From assembly GCA_951406725.2 (NCBI GenBank), contig OX597833.1, positions 49,848,001 through 49,912,000 on the forward strand: a DNA stretch of 64,000 nt. The letters run 5' to 3'. The DNA comes from Octopus vulgaris. Lineage: Eukaryota. The position numbers and the translations under genes were made by a program. The notes under the pieces are model-generated. The model searched no databases. It saw only the letters and a program-made list of their open reading frames with translations, and was not told the origin of the DNA. This document shows positions 41,342-54,124 of this stretch, in pieces. How positions within the stretch are numbered: the first letter of the stretch is position 1; every line of letters begins with the position of its first letter.

Positions 41342-41925
41342 TGTTTGTTTATTGCCCACAAGGGGCTAAACATAGAGGGGACAAACAAGGACAGACAAAG
41401 GGATTAAGTCGATTATATCGACCCCAGTGCGTAACTGGTACTTATTTAATCGACCCCGAAAGGATGAAAGGCAAAATCAACCTCGGCGGAATTTGAACTC
41501 AGAACATAGCGGTAGACGAAATACCTATTTCTTTACTACCCACGAGGGGCTAAACATAGAGAGGGCAAACGGATTAAGTCGATTATATCGACTCCAGTGC
41601 ATAGCTGGTACTTATTTATCGACCCCGAAAGGATGAAAGGCAAAGTCGACCTCGGCAGAATTTGAACTCAGAACGTAGTGGCAGACGAAATACCTATTTC
41701 TTTACTACCCACAAGGGGCTAAACACAGAGAGGACAAACAAAGACAGACAAACGGATTAAGTCGATTATATCGACCACAGTGTGTAACTGGTATTTATTT
41801 AATTGACCCCGAATTGATGAAAGGCAAAGTCGACCTCGGCGGAATTTGAACTCAGAACGTAGTAGCAGACGAAATACCGCTAAGCATTATGCCTGGCGTA
41901 CTAACGATTCTGCCAGCTCACCGCC
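41342..41925 (-). mobile_element. SINE family B trimer with 17-bp TSD
   Basis: Three tandem ~180-bp bodies plus a single head; TSD tgctcaagaaatatatt (41325-41341) / tgcttaagaaatatatt (41928-41944). Confidence 0.95.
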
Positions 41926-42087
41926 TTTGCTTAAGAAATATATTATCAATCTGTTCAGTTTTCATTCTGATACATTTACGTATATGGGTTTTTCATACTA
42001 CAGAGTAAAGGAAGACCTATGCTACAAGTCTTCGTATCCTAAAAATCAGCCAAGCCACTTTTACAATGTATTATATAAGAGGGTGTA

Positions 42088-42335
42088 GAGGCCTGTGACC
42101 AGGTGGTTACGGTGTTGGATTCATGATTGTAAGATTGACGTTTCGATTCCAGGACCGGGCGAGACGATTTTGTTCTTGAGCAAAATATTTCATCTCATGT
42201 TGCTTCGGTTCGCTCATCTGGCGAAAATTAGTAAAACTGCGATGGACCGGCGTTCCGTCCGCGTAGGGAATATATATGTCATGGAAACCTGGAAAACGGT
42301 CCTATGAGTCTATATGACACGGGAAGAAACTTTAC
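42088..42335 (+). mobile_element. tRNA-headed SINE family D with V-domain-like segment
   Basis: ggtggtta.ggtgttgga.tcatgat...ttcgattcc..gaccgggc...gcgatggaccggcgt.ccgtcc; inverse copy at 50015-50262. Confidence 0.75.
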
Positions 42336-42545
42336 TTTTTCTAATATGCAAGAAAGTATGGAACGCGATCCAAAAAAAGTGGTTAAATGATTCAGAATGG
42401 GCCGAGAAGACAAACATTTTTTCTTTAGTAACATCTGATAATTTGTAAAATGATCATAAAATATATTTCTCTTATAAAAAATTACAACACTACATAAACT
42501 AGCCATAAGATCCTGGGAATATTTCCTTCAATAAAATAACCAATG

Positions 42546-42620
<75 letters not shown>

Positions 42621-43116
42621 TATTCCATATATATATTATTTATATTATATAATATATATATATATATAATACATTATATAAACACACACTTATATATACG
42701 TAGAAATGCCCACACACATATATACACATATTGATAGATAGAGAGAGGGGGGATAGAGAGAGCTTATCTGAGTGAGATATCGTATGATCAGCAAAATCCA
42801 TAATTAATAATGCACTCAGAATATATATATGCGTGTGTGTGTGTGTATGTATGTGCGTGTGATGTGTGTACATACATGGATATATAAAGACTCGGTATCC
42901 GAATCCGAATGGTGTAATAACACACTGGACACTTTGCAAAGCAATAATCAAACTTACCTACCTACCTAATTGCATATCTACCTATCTAACTAACTATCTA
43001 CATACTTTCCCCCAAACACACGCATATGCGCGCACACACAACCACACTTATATAGATACGAGTATGTCTGCGTATAAAAACCATACATCTTAACGTTTAT
43101 ACACACACACGTATTT

Positions 43117-43152
<36 letters not shown>

Positions 43153-44262
43153 CATACATCTATTCATTTATACCTGCCTGTCTTCGTGTTACTATCTGGA
43201 AACAGAGCATACTCGTATAATATAGATTGTATTGTACCGAAACAAATAGAAGCGTATTTGAAATAGAGCAACGCAACAAGGAAGTGTTTCAAATATTTTA
43301 AATTGGATGCAAAGCCGTAGTTATTAAACCCGCTTTAGAAATATGGAAATTATATTGCGAACACTTCGAGCAAAGAATATGTTTCAACAAAAGCTGAATG
43401 AAAGAGGAAGCAGTGAGCTTGTTGCAAACATAACGGAGAATTCGGATGTTTTATTGGAAATATTATTGCAAATATTATAAAAAGTAAACAGTGGAGAGGT
43501 TTATTGCAAGCCCTATAAAATGTAAACTGTGGGAGTTTATTAAAAGAGATATAGAATAGAAACGCGAAGAGCTAATGTAAACATTATAAACTTGTGTTCA
43601 TAACAAATGTTACAAAATTTGCATATAGCAAACATTAGAAAATAGAAAAATGAAATTGCATAAACATAAACATAAAATAAAGGAAGAAAAGAATCTAAAA
43701 AAATTAATAGATTTTTTTCTCTCTCTCTTTCTCTCTCTTTTATATTTTTGTTGAAGAAATAATTTAGACTTGATGACAATAATGTTTAACGTTCGTTCAT
43801 AATGGCCAAATTTTCTATAAAATTACAAGGCACTATGGCAACAATATTGAACTCCTGTTGATTCAAAATACTGTTAACAGATGTCTCAGGAATTGGCAGA
43901 ATGGATATTGATGAATATTAAGGTGAGCTTAGGTAAACAGTCTTAGTATTGTGTTCTAGTAATTGAATGGTGAGGCATTTTGCCAAGGGATGGTGGTGAC
44001 TGTGAGGGATGAAGAAGAAGGCTGAAAGGATGCAGCTATTGATTTCCATTAGATTCGTTCATGTAAAAGAGACGTACACACGTGTGATTGTGAATGTGTG
44101 TATGTATGGACGGGCTTATGCATGTACGTATGCATGTATGTATTTATATATATATATAAATGTGTGTGTATATATATATAAATATATGTATATGTATATG
44201 TAAATCATTATATACATAAATATATATATGTATATATGTGTGTATATATATATATATATGTA

Positions 44263-44295
<33 letters not shown>

Positions 44296-44346
44296 CTATA
44301 TATATATGTATATTTGTATATATATATATATATATGTATGTATATC

Positions 44347-44427
<81 letters not shown>

Positions 44428-45395
44428 TTGTGTGTGTGTATATATATATATATATATGTACGTTGTATGTATTTATATACGTGTGTGTGTGTGAATGCCT
44501 GTTTGTGTGTGTGTGTGTAGTTGTGTGTGTTTCAGTATATAATTGTCATTTTGTCCAATTCCGATATGTTTTCTAACTGGTCCAATCAATACACCACTTC
44601 TGGTGTCATCAAATTCTGAAGTATTCCGAAGAATTTCAAGATAATTTAGTAGTGTTACTAAACACTGTGCACTTGGTTTTAAGGTAATGCCGCTCTTGGT
44701 GCAGTTTACCTGCGTTTCTACGTACATAAATACGCATAACGATAACCATATATATGCACATACATACTTACACACGCACGTACACTCACAAGCGCGTGTG
44801 TATGTGTGCAGATGTGAGTGAGTCACCACTGCATATCCGCGGTTGCGTTTCGTTTGACGATACCATCACACACAGATTTAATTAACTACTATGCTTCCTC
44901 AAGTTCATCGTCTAGAGTATTTTTCATTTAATTGCATACTTATCCATGTGAATTTCCTTTTTATACACTTGACACGCTCAATATATATATATATCAAATG
45001 TGAGGATAAAATTCTTTTCGAAAAAAAAAATATTTTCTCGAAAAAAATTTTATGAATGGCCAGCATATTAAAAAATACCTTTAACGGTTAAATTTATAAA
45101 CAATTCATAAATGAGGGCAAAGGAAAAAATTCTAATGCCAAATATGCCGAAAAATTGGACATATTGTCCATTAACCATATAATTTTTTCACAATACGCAC
45201 GTTACTCGAAAAAAGGTCGACAGAACATTTCACTGCCCCATTTTTCTTTCCGACAAACTATGCTCGAAACGTCGAAAGCTCTCTCAAACTAAAACATTCC
45301 ATGTGTACGGCTTCTTTTTGTTTGTTATCGTTATTTCTAAAGTTCCTTTATTTGATTTGACCAAATGTGTGTTCTTGTGCGTGCGTCTATGTGTG

Positions 45396-45444
<49 letters not shown>

Positions 45445-45447
<3 letters not shown>

Positions 45448-45592
45448 CGGCGTGCTTGTTTCAGTTTCCGGGTACCAAATCCACTCAGGTTTTAGGCAGG
45501 ACCCTTGTTATAGTAAAATACACTTGTCCAAACTGTCAGTCAACAGGACTGAACTTGGAACCATAGGATTTGGAAGCACGCCTACCTGCGCA
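45445..45592 (-). mobile_element. Degenerate SINE A 5' half
   Basis: tttcagtttcc...taccaaatccactca...acacttg...ggactgaac...aaccat. Confidence 0.75.
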
Positions 45593-45593
45593 T

Positions 45594-45625
<32 letters not shown>

Positions 45626-46072
45626 ACACACGTATATATCATACGATAGAATAATAGAGGAAGAGAGATATCTAGATAGTTTCCACAGTTTATTATATAC
45701 AACCGCAAAACACATCACAATTTACTACAGTCAGTAATAAATGAAACAGACCGTAGAATCACACAGTGCAATATATCTTCACGTGTAGTAGGTTGAGAGC
45801 CTATTTATTATACATTTTTTTTATCGTTGTTAATTGTCTCAGTACGTATTATCTCACTGAAGATTGTAGGTGGTGAACTCGTTAAGTGGAAATCCATATA
45901 ACTAGAGTGAACCTTTTAAGAATTCAATATATTTCCTTAAAAATGTAGGTCGTTATTGTATCTTAGGAAATGTTCAATATAGCTACTTCATCTATATTAT
46001 ATCGTCCATCTAAGTGCAACTTAGCTGATTCTCTGAAACTAGATTTCGTAAAGTAACTAGTATGAACTCTTT

Positions 46073-46219
<147 letters not shown>

Positions 46220-46320
46220 TTAATCCAAAGATGAAAACACAAAGAGAAAACACAACAACGTGAGGACGTGGAACAAGTATAGTGTTATTGGACGCTCAGG
46301 AAAGGAAAGTAAGAAGGAAG

Positions 46321-46355
46321 ATTTAACGCTTCGAGCGGAGCTCTTCGTCAGAAAT
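46321..46355 (-). ncRNA. Minimal hammerhead motif, GAAA>GAAG variant
   Basis: ATTT-CTGACGA-A-GAGC-tcc-GCTC-GAAG-CG-T-T-AAAT on the minus strand. Confidence 0.5.
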
Positions 46356-46377
46356 ATAGAAAAAGGAAAGATATGTT

Positions 46378-46408
<31 letters not shown>

Positions 46409-46481
46409 TTTCAGAATGTAACCACGTGTGTATCGTTGGCGATTTTCTTCCTCTGTCTTCCCTCCCTTTGGACTTTCCTCT

Positions 46482-46516
46482 ATTTCTGAAGAATAGCTTT
46501 GCTCGAAACGTTAAAT
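46482..46516 (+). ncRNA. Minimal type I hammerhead ribozyme motif
   Basis: ATTT-CTGAAGA-A-tAGC-ttt-GCTc-GAAA-CG-T-T-AAAT: canonical core, short stems I and II, palindromic ACGT stem III, GUU triplet. Confidence 0.6.
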
Positions 46517-46635
46517 CCTCTTTCGTTCCTTTCCCCAGCGTCTGATAATACAGTACTTCTACCACGTCCTCACGTTATTGTTTTTGCTTCTTTGGTCTGC
46601 TTTGTTTGGATTCACTATATGTATACACACACACA

Positions 46636-46682
<47 letters not shown>

Positions 46683-47024
46683 ACACACACTCACACACAC
46701 ATTCACACACACACACACACACACATATATCATCAAAAGGTGTTTGCATAGAACACTATAGTGAATTTCATTGACGCATCTTTATTATCGGCTGGTCGGA
46801 AAAGGAGTGTTTTCCTGGCCAAGAGGCGTTATGCTAAGACCACATACTTGGCGTTGAAACTAAAGGTATCCAAGGATAAAGGGTAAAGTGATGGGTTTGG
46901 AATTGGCTCTGCTCCCAATGAACATGCCGTCATCCCGTCGGGCTTCCTCGCAGTTTCATCATCGGCATGATAATCGTCATCAACATTTTATTCTTCATCG
47001 TCTTCGCCGTCATCACCGACGTCA

Positions 47025-47225
47025 TTCTTCCTCTTTCTGTTGTACCTGTATTTCAAAGGACCAGCCTTGTCACATTCTGTGTCACGCTGAATCTCCCCGA
47101 GAACTACGTTAAGGGTACATATGTCTGTGGAGTGTTTAGTCACATGCATTTTAATTTCACGAACGGGCTGTTCCGTTAATCGGATTAAGTGGAACACTCG
47201 TTGTCGTAACCGACGGAGCGCCACG
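47025..47225 (+). mobile_element. Interspersed repeat family C
   Basis: Aligns with 19365-19526. Confidence 0.8.
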
Positions 47226-47443
47226 ATATATATGCGCATATATATTATATATTTGTACATATATATATATATTTTTATATATATACAAAATGGGACAAGA
47301 ACACAAAACATCCGGACAGCTAGGTGATAAAAGAAGGGACGACAAAACATCCAGATAGACGATACAAAGAAAACAAGGACGAGTCATTCGAAGTTTCCTT
47401 TCCTCAGTCAAACACCAGATTATCCTCGCAATTTCGTCTGATT

Positions 47444-47518
<75 letters not shown>

Positions 47519-47520
<2 letters not shown>

Positions 47521-47668
47521 TTGTTTCTTTCTGTGTTCCTTTCTGTGGAAGAGCGTAGGCTCGAACCGTAAAAGACTTTTTCAATTCTCGAGCGTTATAC
47601 TAATACATCTGTCTGTTTTCTACACCACCTGTCTTCGTCTTTTGTTTTTTCGTGAATCCTCCCCCTAT
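47519..47668 (+). mobile_element. Short Penelope-terminus-like repeat with a hammerhead-like motif; inverse copy at 50285-50435
   Basis: CTTT-CTGTGGA-A-GAGC-gtag-GCTC-GAAC-CGTA-AAAG at 47539-47574; the rest aligns with the reverse complement of 50285-50435. Confidence 0.7.
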
Positions 47669-47676
47669 ACATACAT

Positions 47677-47714
<38 letters not shown>

Positions 47715-48344
47715 GTATGCATGTACATATACATTTATACATACACCTTCTCTCTCTCACACATACATTCGCCGATTTTTTTTTCGGTATGTTGCTCTTG
47801 TTTATTTTTCCCACCAATGTTTTCACCAATTTGCTGTCTTTGTCTCTGAACGTTCCTTGTAGAGGTGGGAAATATTGATTGTTCAAAGATGGCGTTATAT
47901 AATAGAATAATGTTGTTGCTCACAATTTAGAAGGAAACAAACACACACCCACACACACACACAGAAACACTATGTTGTATAAACAGACGCACAAATACAA
48001 TGAAAGAAGCGTTACATCCGCTAAGACATACACACACATACACACATACGCACGCATACGCACATAGGCATAACACTAAGAATCTATCCATAACCATATT
48101 AAGCGAAAACCAAGCCATACGTTTTATAGTTATACATATACATACATGGACCACGTACCACACAGATATATACGCAATGGACATGACAGTGGCCGTACAC
48201 AAATCTTTTGCATCCACGCAATTTCCATTCATTACACAAGCATATAACCTACCCACATACACACATATACACACATATTCACACTCACACGCATGCGCTT
48301 ACTAAGCATTACACAACACATGTCCCATACGTTCACCGCACGCC

Positions 48345-49335
48345 AAACTCTATGTCTCTGCTTCTCTATGTCTTTCTCTGTTATTCTTTATCCTTCTCTC
48401 TCTCTCTCTCTCTGTTTACTTTCTATCTCTTTGTCAACCTCTCGTTTTCTCACTCCATCTCCCACTCATTCTTTCTCCCGCCTGTCGCTCTTTCTTTTCC
48501 TCTTTTACGATCTCTGTCTTCCTTTTGTTATTTCTCTCTTTCATTCACTGTCTCTTTCTTTCTTTCTTCCTTTCTTTCTTTCATTCTTTCTTTCTTCCTT
48601 TCTTTTTTCTTTCTTTCTTTCTTTCCTTCTTTCTTTCTTTCTCATCGTCCCCCTCTCTAATTCTCTTTCTTTCTCTCAATCTATCTCTCACATTCCTTCT
48701 TCTTCTCTTGTTTCTCTTTTTCTGTCTGTTTCCTGTCTCTGTCTTTCTCTGCTTTTCCCTCTTTTTGTTTCTATTTATTTTCCTGTCTCTCTCTCTCTCT
48801 CTCTCTCTCACTCTCACTCTCTCTCTATTTTATTCTGTCTATCTTGCTCTCTCTCTCTCTCTCTCATCGTCTCTCTTTTCTTTCTCAGTTACTCTCTCTT
48901 TTTCACTCTTTTCTTGACTCATTTGTTCTCTCTCTCCCTCTTTCACGCTCTCTATTTTTCTATTTCTGTTTTCCCCTCTTTTTTTGTGTGTCTTTTTCTC
49001 TCTCTGTCTTGCTCTGTCTGTCTGTCTGTCTCTCTCTCTCACTCTCTGTCTCACGATCTCCCTCTCTCTTCCTTTCTCATTCACTATCTCTTTCTCACTC
49101 TTCTTCTTGTCTCATTTTGCTCCCTTTCACGATCTCTGTTTCCCCTCTTTCTGTCTCTCTCTATCTCTCTTTCTATCTATATATATTGTTCTGTCTCTCT
49201 TTCTCTCTTTCACTGTGTGCGTGTCTCTCTTTTTTTCACACAAACGCACGCACACACCCTACATTCACCACTCATCCATCCATCTCTGTTCACTCACTCT
49301 CTCTTTCTCCAGCCTTTCTCTTTCTCTTTTTCTTT
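48345..49335. repeat. ~1-kb polypyrimidine (CT-rich) low-complexity tract
   Basis: Mostly C/T on the + strand with degenerate (CT)n and (CTTT)n. Confidence 0.95.
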
Positions 49336-49336
49336 A

Positions 49337-49396
<60 letters not shown>

Positions 49397-49614
49397 CACA
49401 GTGCCACACATATCTGTATATCAACAAATAAACCTGATTTTGTGCGAAAATTGAATATTTCCAATGACGTAGATATCTAGTTAAGCCGTGTATGTTCGTT
49501 CGTTTAAAGATCGATTTAGCATCGGTTAATGTCTTCGAAATCACTGTCTCTTGTAACATTGTTTATAATCAGTCAACTTCTCCCTCTCTTTCTCTTTCCT
49601 CTCACTTTACCGAA

Positions 49615-49654
<40 letters not shown>

Positions 49655-49858
49655 CACAGATACACACACACACACGCACACGCGCGCAAACACACACACA
49701 AAGTAAAAGCAGGCACGTATACGCCAACGTATATAACCGTAGCATGTGCACATATTTACACGTTCACTTCAAGGATTTTTTTGTCCCGATAGATTCAGAA
49801 TTCTGGAATTAACTCTAAAAAATTTCTCTGACACAAAAATCGACAATGACTGCACGCA

Positions 49859-49888
<30 letters not shown>

Positions 49889-49890
<2 letters not shown>

Positions 49891-50041
49891 GAGACGGTCA
49901 TACTTGCATATATACGTCCACACAAATATATATATATATGTAAATATTCCTTCTCGATCCTTGCCAGAGACAGTCATACTTGCATATATACGTCCACACA
50001 AATATATATATATGTAAATATTCCTTCTCGATCCTTGCCAG
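49889..50041. repeat. Tandem duplication, ~76-bp unit x2
   Basis: cagagac.gtcatacttgcatatatacgtccacacaaa(ta)ntgtaaatattccttctcgatccttgc occurs twice. Confidence 0.95.
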
Positions 50042-50262
50042 GCTCATAAGGGCCAGTTTCCCGGTTTCAGTGGCGTAGAAATTCCCCCACCTGGACGGGA
50101 CGCCGGTCCGTTGCAGGATTAATCATCTTTGCCACCTGAGTGGACTGGAGCAACGTGAAAATGAAGTGTTTTGCTCAAGAACACAAGGAATCGCCCGGTC
50201 CAAGAATCGAAACCAAAACCTTACGATCATGAGTTCAACACCCTAACCACTAAGCCACGCGC
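50015..50262 (-). mobile_element. SINE family D (tRNA head, V-like domain)
   Basis: Reverse complement starts gcgcgtggcttagtggttagggtgttgaactcatgatcg...ttcgattct.ggaccggg. Confidence 0.85.
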
Positions 50263-50284
50263 ATATATATATATATATATATAT

Positions 50285-50435
50285 AGAGGGAAAGTTTACG
50301 AAAATAAACAAAAGACGAAGGCAGGTGGTGTACAAACAAGCAGATGTATTAGTATAGCGCTCAGGAATAGAAAATGTCTTTTACGTTTCGAGCCTACGCT
50401 CTTCTACAGAAAGATACACAGAAAAACAAGGAGAG
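50285..50435 (-). mobile_element. Short Penelope-terminus-like repeat with a hammerhead-like motif
   Basis: Minus strand CTTT-CTGTAGA-A-GAGC-gtag-GCTC-GAAA-CG-T-A-AAAG at 50413-50378. Confidence 0.7.
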
Positions 50436-50808
50436 AAAAAACTGTGTGTAGTAGCCAACGATGGTGCGAAACTGAGTAATACAGCCTGGTTAATAACTGG
50501 TTAATAACTAATGAAGAATAAGGGACCTTCTATATCTTTTTTCTGTCCGTTTGTGTACTCAATATACCATTCTCCTTTCGTCTGTGCATTCATTAAACGT
50601 TTATACTTTTCGCTCTCGCAGTAACTGTTCTTTTCTTCATTTACTTGTTTGCCTGCAGCCATGCCGGAGCGGCGCCTCTAGTCGAAGTAATCACGCCCAG
50701 GACTGATTATGTTGGGGAAATTCCAATGAAGGAGCTCTGGATCTCAGTTAGAAACCAGCACTCTCTCTCTCTCTATTGGCAATACGTCTTCAAATAAAAT
50801 TGAACATT

Positions 50809-50847
<39 letters not shown>

Positions 50848-51085
50848 GCATACACACATACGTACATATATACATACACACATACACACATGTACAAACA
50901 CATACATATATATATATATACATAACGTCTTAGACAAGCATAAACGTACAGTACATAAATTATTGAGTACGTTCTCCCTGATGTTAGTGATGCTGATTGA
51001 ACTAACTTTCTATATGTATCTCTGTACTTATATGCATATGTATAAATGTATATTCCCCAATCGATGTTTATATATATATATAAAC

Positions 51086-51145
<60 letters not shown>

Positions 51146-51157
51146 GTCTGTCTATGC

Positions 51158-51209
<52 letters not shown>

Positions 51210-51502
51210 GTGTGTGTGTGTATATATATGTATATATATGTATATACATATATATGAAGCGAAAACAAATTAGAAACGTTTGAATGAACCAGGAATCAAT
51301 TGTGGCATGAAATGTGTTCAAGGAAATATAATCTTTTTGCCAGTTACCTTCAATTATGGATACACACATCCATCTATACATACATATATATGTACATTCA
51401 GACATAGAGGCATACATGCATGCATACATACATACATACACACGCTACACATATGTATATTACATATTATAGACACCCACACACAAATATATATATACAC
51501 AA

Positions 51503-51535
<33 letters not shown>

Positions 51536-51670
51536 CTTGTATATATAGATAGGTAGATACATGTACCCCGCATATATATATATACACACACATATATGTG
51601 CATATCATTTGTGTATGCGCATGTGAATATGATGTATATATACATTCACAGACATATATATATGTACACA

Positions 51671-51752
<82 letters not shown>

Positions 51753-51782
51753 TTTTCATATATGTCTGTGGGTATATGCATG

Positions 51783-51841
<59 letters not shown>

Positions 51842-52297
51842 CGGAAATTAAATACTGAATTTGTATCCAGCAATTTAGATTTGATATGATGCATCGTTTG
51901 TATATGTATGTGTGTGTGTATGCGTGTGTGTATGTATGTGTTTGCATCTGAATGTGTGTGCCTGCATCGATGTGTACAAATATGAGTGTGAGTGCACGTT
52001 GATGAGTATATTTCGTGTGTTTCAACAATGACATAGGATCCATTCTATTCTGTACATCTATTTCCCCCAAACAAAAAAAAATTAAGTATTAACTCGTACA
52101 GCATCAAATGAAATCGTCAATTTTCTGAACGGAAGATTTTGCTATAATCAAACTTGTTTGTCTTCGATTACTTCATTATATAACAGTTTTTTTTTTATGT
52201 TTCCAGAACTATGCTCTTTGCAAACTCTTTATTTCCGTTGTTACTTATATTAAAACCCGGATTTCATTGTTGTTAAATAAGTTATCATTATCCTTAT

Positions 52298-52329
<32 letters not shown>

Positions 52330-52330
<1 letters not shown>

Positions 52331-52779
52331 CTATGTTTGAGTTTTGCTTTACATTTGTACAAGTTGGCTCCAAATCTCACCCAGAGACCTCAAGAGACAA
52401 CAGGTTGGAAGTTCATGTTGTTGTTATGCCTAGTGTGCCATATATATATTTTTTTGGGGGGGGGGGTGTTGTACTAATGAATGTCTGAAAAAAACGAAAA
52501 TTATGTTTGTTTTAAACTTTGAGATTACATAGAAAGTATTTTGCGTAGGATATGAGCAGTTCCCATGAGCACTATCTTTTGAATTTCTGCCATTTTTGGG
52601 TTTCCTTGTATCTGAGTTAGGTAGCTATCAGCCCTTTTGCTATCATTCCCAGGGCACCTATGACAACAGGTATTGTTTTAGTCTTCAGGTTCCACATTTT
52701 GCTGATTTCTATTTCAAGATATTTATATTTGCTCAGTGATTTGCTGATTTCTATTTCAAGATCTTTATATTTGCTCAGT
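52330..52779 (-). mobile_element. 5'-truncated R4/Dong-like retrotransposon (same family as 23148-23436)
   Basis: LSKYKDLEIEISK...MWNLKTKTIPVVIGALGMI and QKIVLMGTAHILRKILSM*; flanked by (TAA)n. Confidence 0.9.
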
Positions 52780-52800
52780 TTATTATTATTATTATTATTA

Positions 52801-52867
<67 letters not shown>

Positions 52868-52884
52868 CATCATCATTATCATTG

Positions 52885-53114
52885 TTGAGTGAGAGAGCAG
52901 TGAATGCCATCAAAGTGACACTGGGGTAAAATATACGAAGCCCAGTATACCCATCATGACTACCCGTCTGATAAGGGTACACCAGGCACATGCATCTCAA
53001 TCATATGTGCGCGACATGGTGGTCTCATGTAAAGTTAAACGGCGCATGACTTTGCAAGTGGAGCCCAGTTAGAATTTTCTTCTGGTCGAGTAGCCCATCC
53101 CGCTCAAAAGGTCC
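52885..53114 (-). mobile_element. (TAA)n-embedded repeat family E, probable retrotransposon 3' fragment; longer copy at 55096-55987
   Basis: ccgtctgataa.ggta.accaggcacatgcatc...gcgcatgac.ttgca...agttagaattttcttc...gagtagcccatcccgctcaaaaggtcc is shared; clade not established. Confidence 0.7.
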
Positions 53115-53160
<46 letters not shown>

Positions 53161-53161
53161 G

Positions 53162-53214
<53 letters not shown>

Positions 53215-53215
53215 G

Positions 53216-53264
<49 letters not shown>

Positions 53265-53269
53265 CATAC

Positions 53270-53403
53270 GTAAACAATAGATTAGACTGTCGGGAAAAGA
53301 AAAATGTCTAAATTCGGGCTACAACAAGTAACCTTAGATGCCAAGAACCCTCCTAAGTATCCTGGCTGTCCCTAATGACACTGCTTCTGGAGCTGTACAA
53401 CCC
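53270..53403 (-). mobile_element. Third R4/Dong-like 3' end
   Basis: QLQK/AVSLGTARILRRVLGI* then a short UTR running into (TAA)n. Confidence 0.7.
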
Positions 53404-53499
53404 CCAGTTGTCAAACGCTGGTCGGGGACAAACACAGGCACAAAGACACAAACATACACAAACACACACACGCAGAGATATATGCATATATATACATAC

Positions 53500-53567
<68 letters not shown>

Positions 53568-53721
53568 ATACTACAGGTCCCTTTCAGTTTCCGTTTGCTA
53601 AATTCACTCGGAAGGCTTTACTTAGCCCGGAGCTATAATTGAAGACACCTTCCCTAAGCTACTGAACCCAGAACCAATTGGTTGGGAAACTAACTGCTTG
53701 CCACACAGCCACTCATGCGCC
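53404..53721 (-). mobile_element. SINE A, tail missing
   Basis: Family match including the internal microsatellite. Confidence 0.8.
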
Positions 53722-54124
53722 ATAATTAACAAAAAAAAACAAACCAACTTTTTTCAGTTTTATATTTTTCTCTCTCTCTAAGGATAAAATTACAATAAAT
53801 TTTAGTTTTATGTTTGAAGCGTAGAGTTTTGAAGTATTTTACTGTTGGGGTGTTGTTATGCTGAGTTACATTGTATAACAACCGGTAGAATTTGAATGAA
53901 AATATTGTATTTCAATCATTAAAAACTGTGAGATATCCCGGAAGAATTGTTTCAAGGAAAGTTTCCTTCTTTTAACATATTCACAGAACGATAAATTTGC
54001 CTTAAATTACACTTCTAGCTGATATCAAAAGCACTTGCAAACGAGGGAATGTCAACCAAGATGCTTGAAACGCAATACGGAAGAGTCAAATTTGTTGTCA
54101 AATCACCAACCCTATATTCTGCTC

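Noticed and set aside
38504-41925. SINE B tandem units as a CRISPR-like array or hammerhead retrozyme
   Set aside because: No unique spacers, and I found no CUGANGA/GAAA core on either strand of the unit
44473-44829. Minus-strand ORF as an upstream ectodomain exon of the membrane-protein gene
   Set aside because: No polypyrimidine acceptor or clear donor, and no Shisa-type Cys pattern
48293-49480. 395-aa ORF, the longest in the window
   Set aside because: S/L/F low complexity arising from a CT-rich tract that lacks stop codons; no domain
50190-50262. tRNA-like sequences (also SINE heads at ~190-265, 55160 and 63732)
   Set aside because: A/B boxes only; they continue directly into SINE bodies and show no complete cloverleaf
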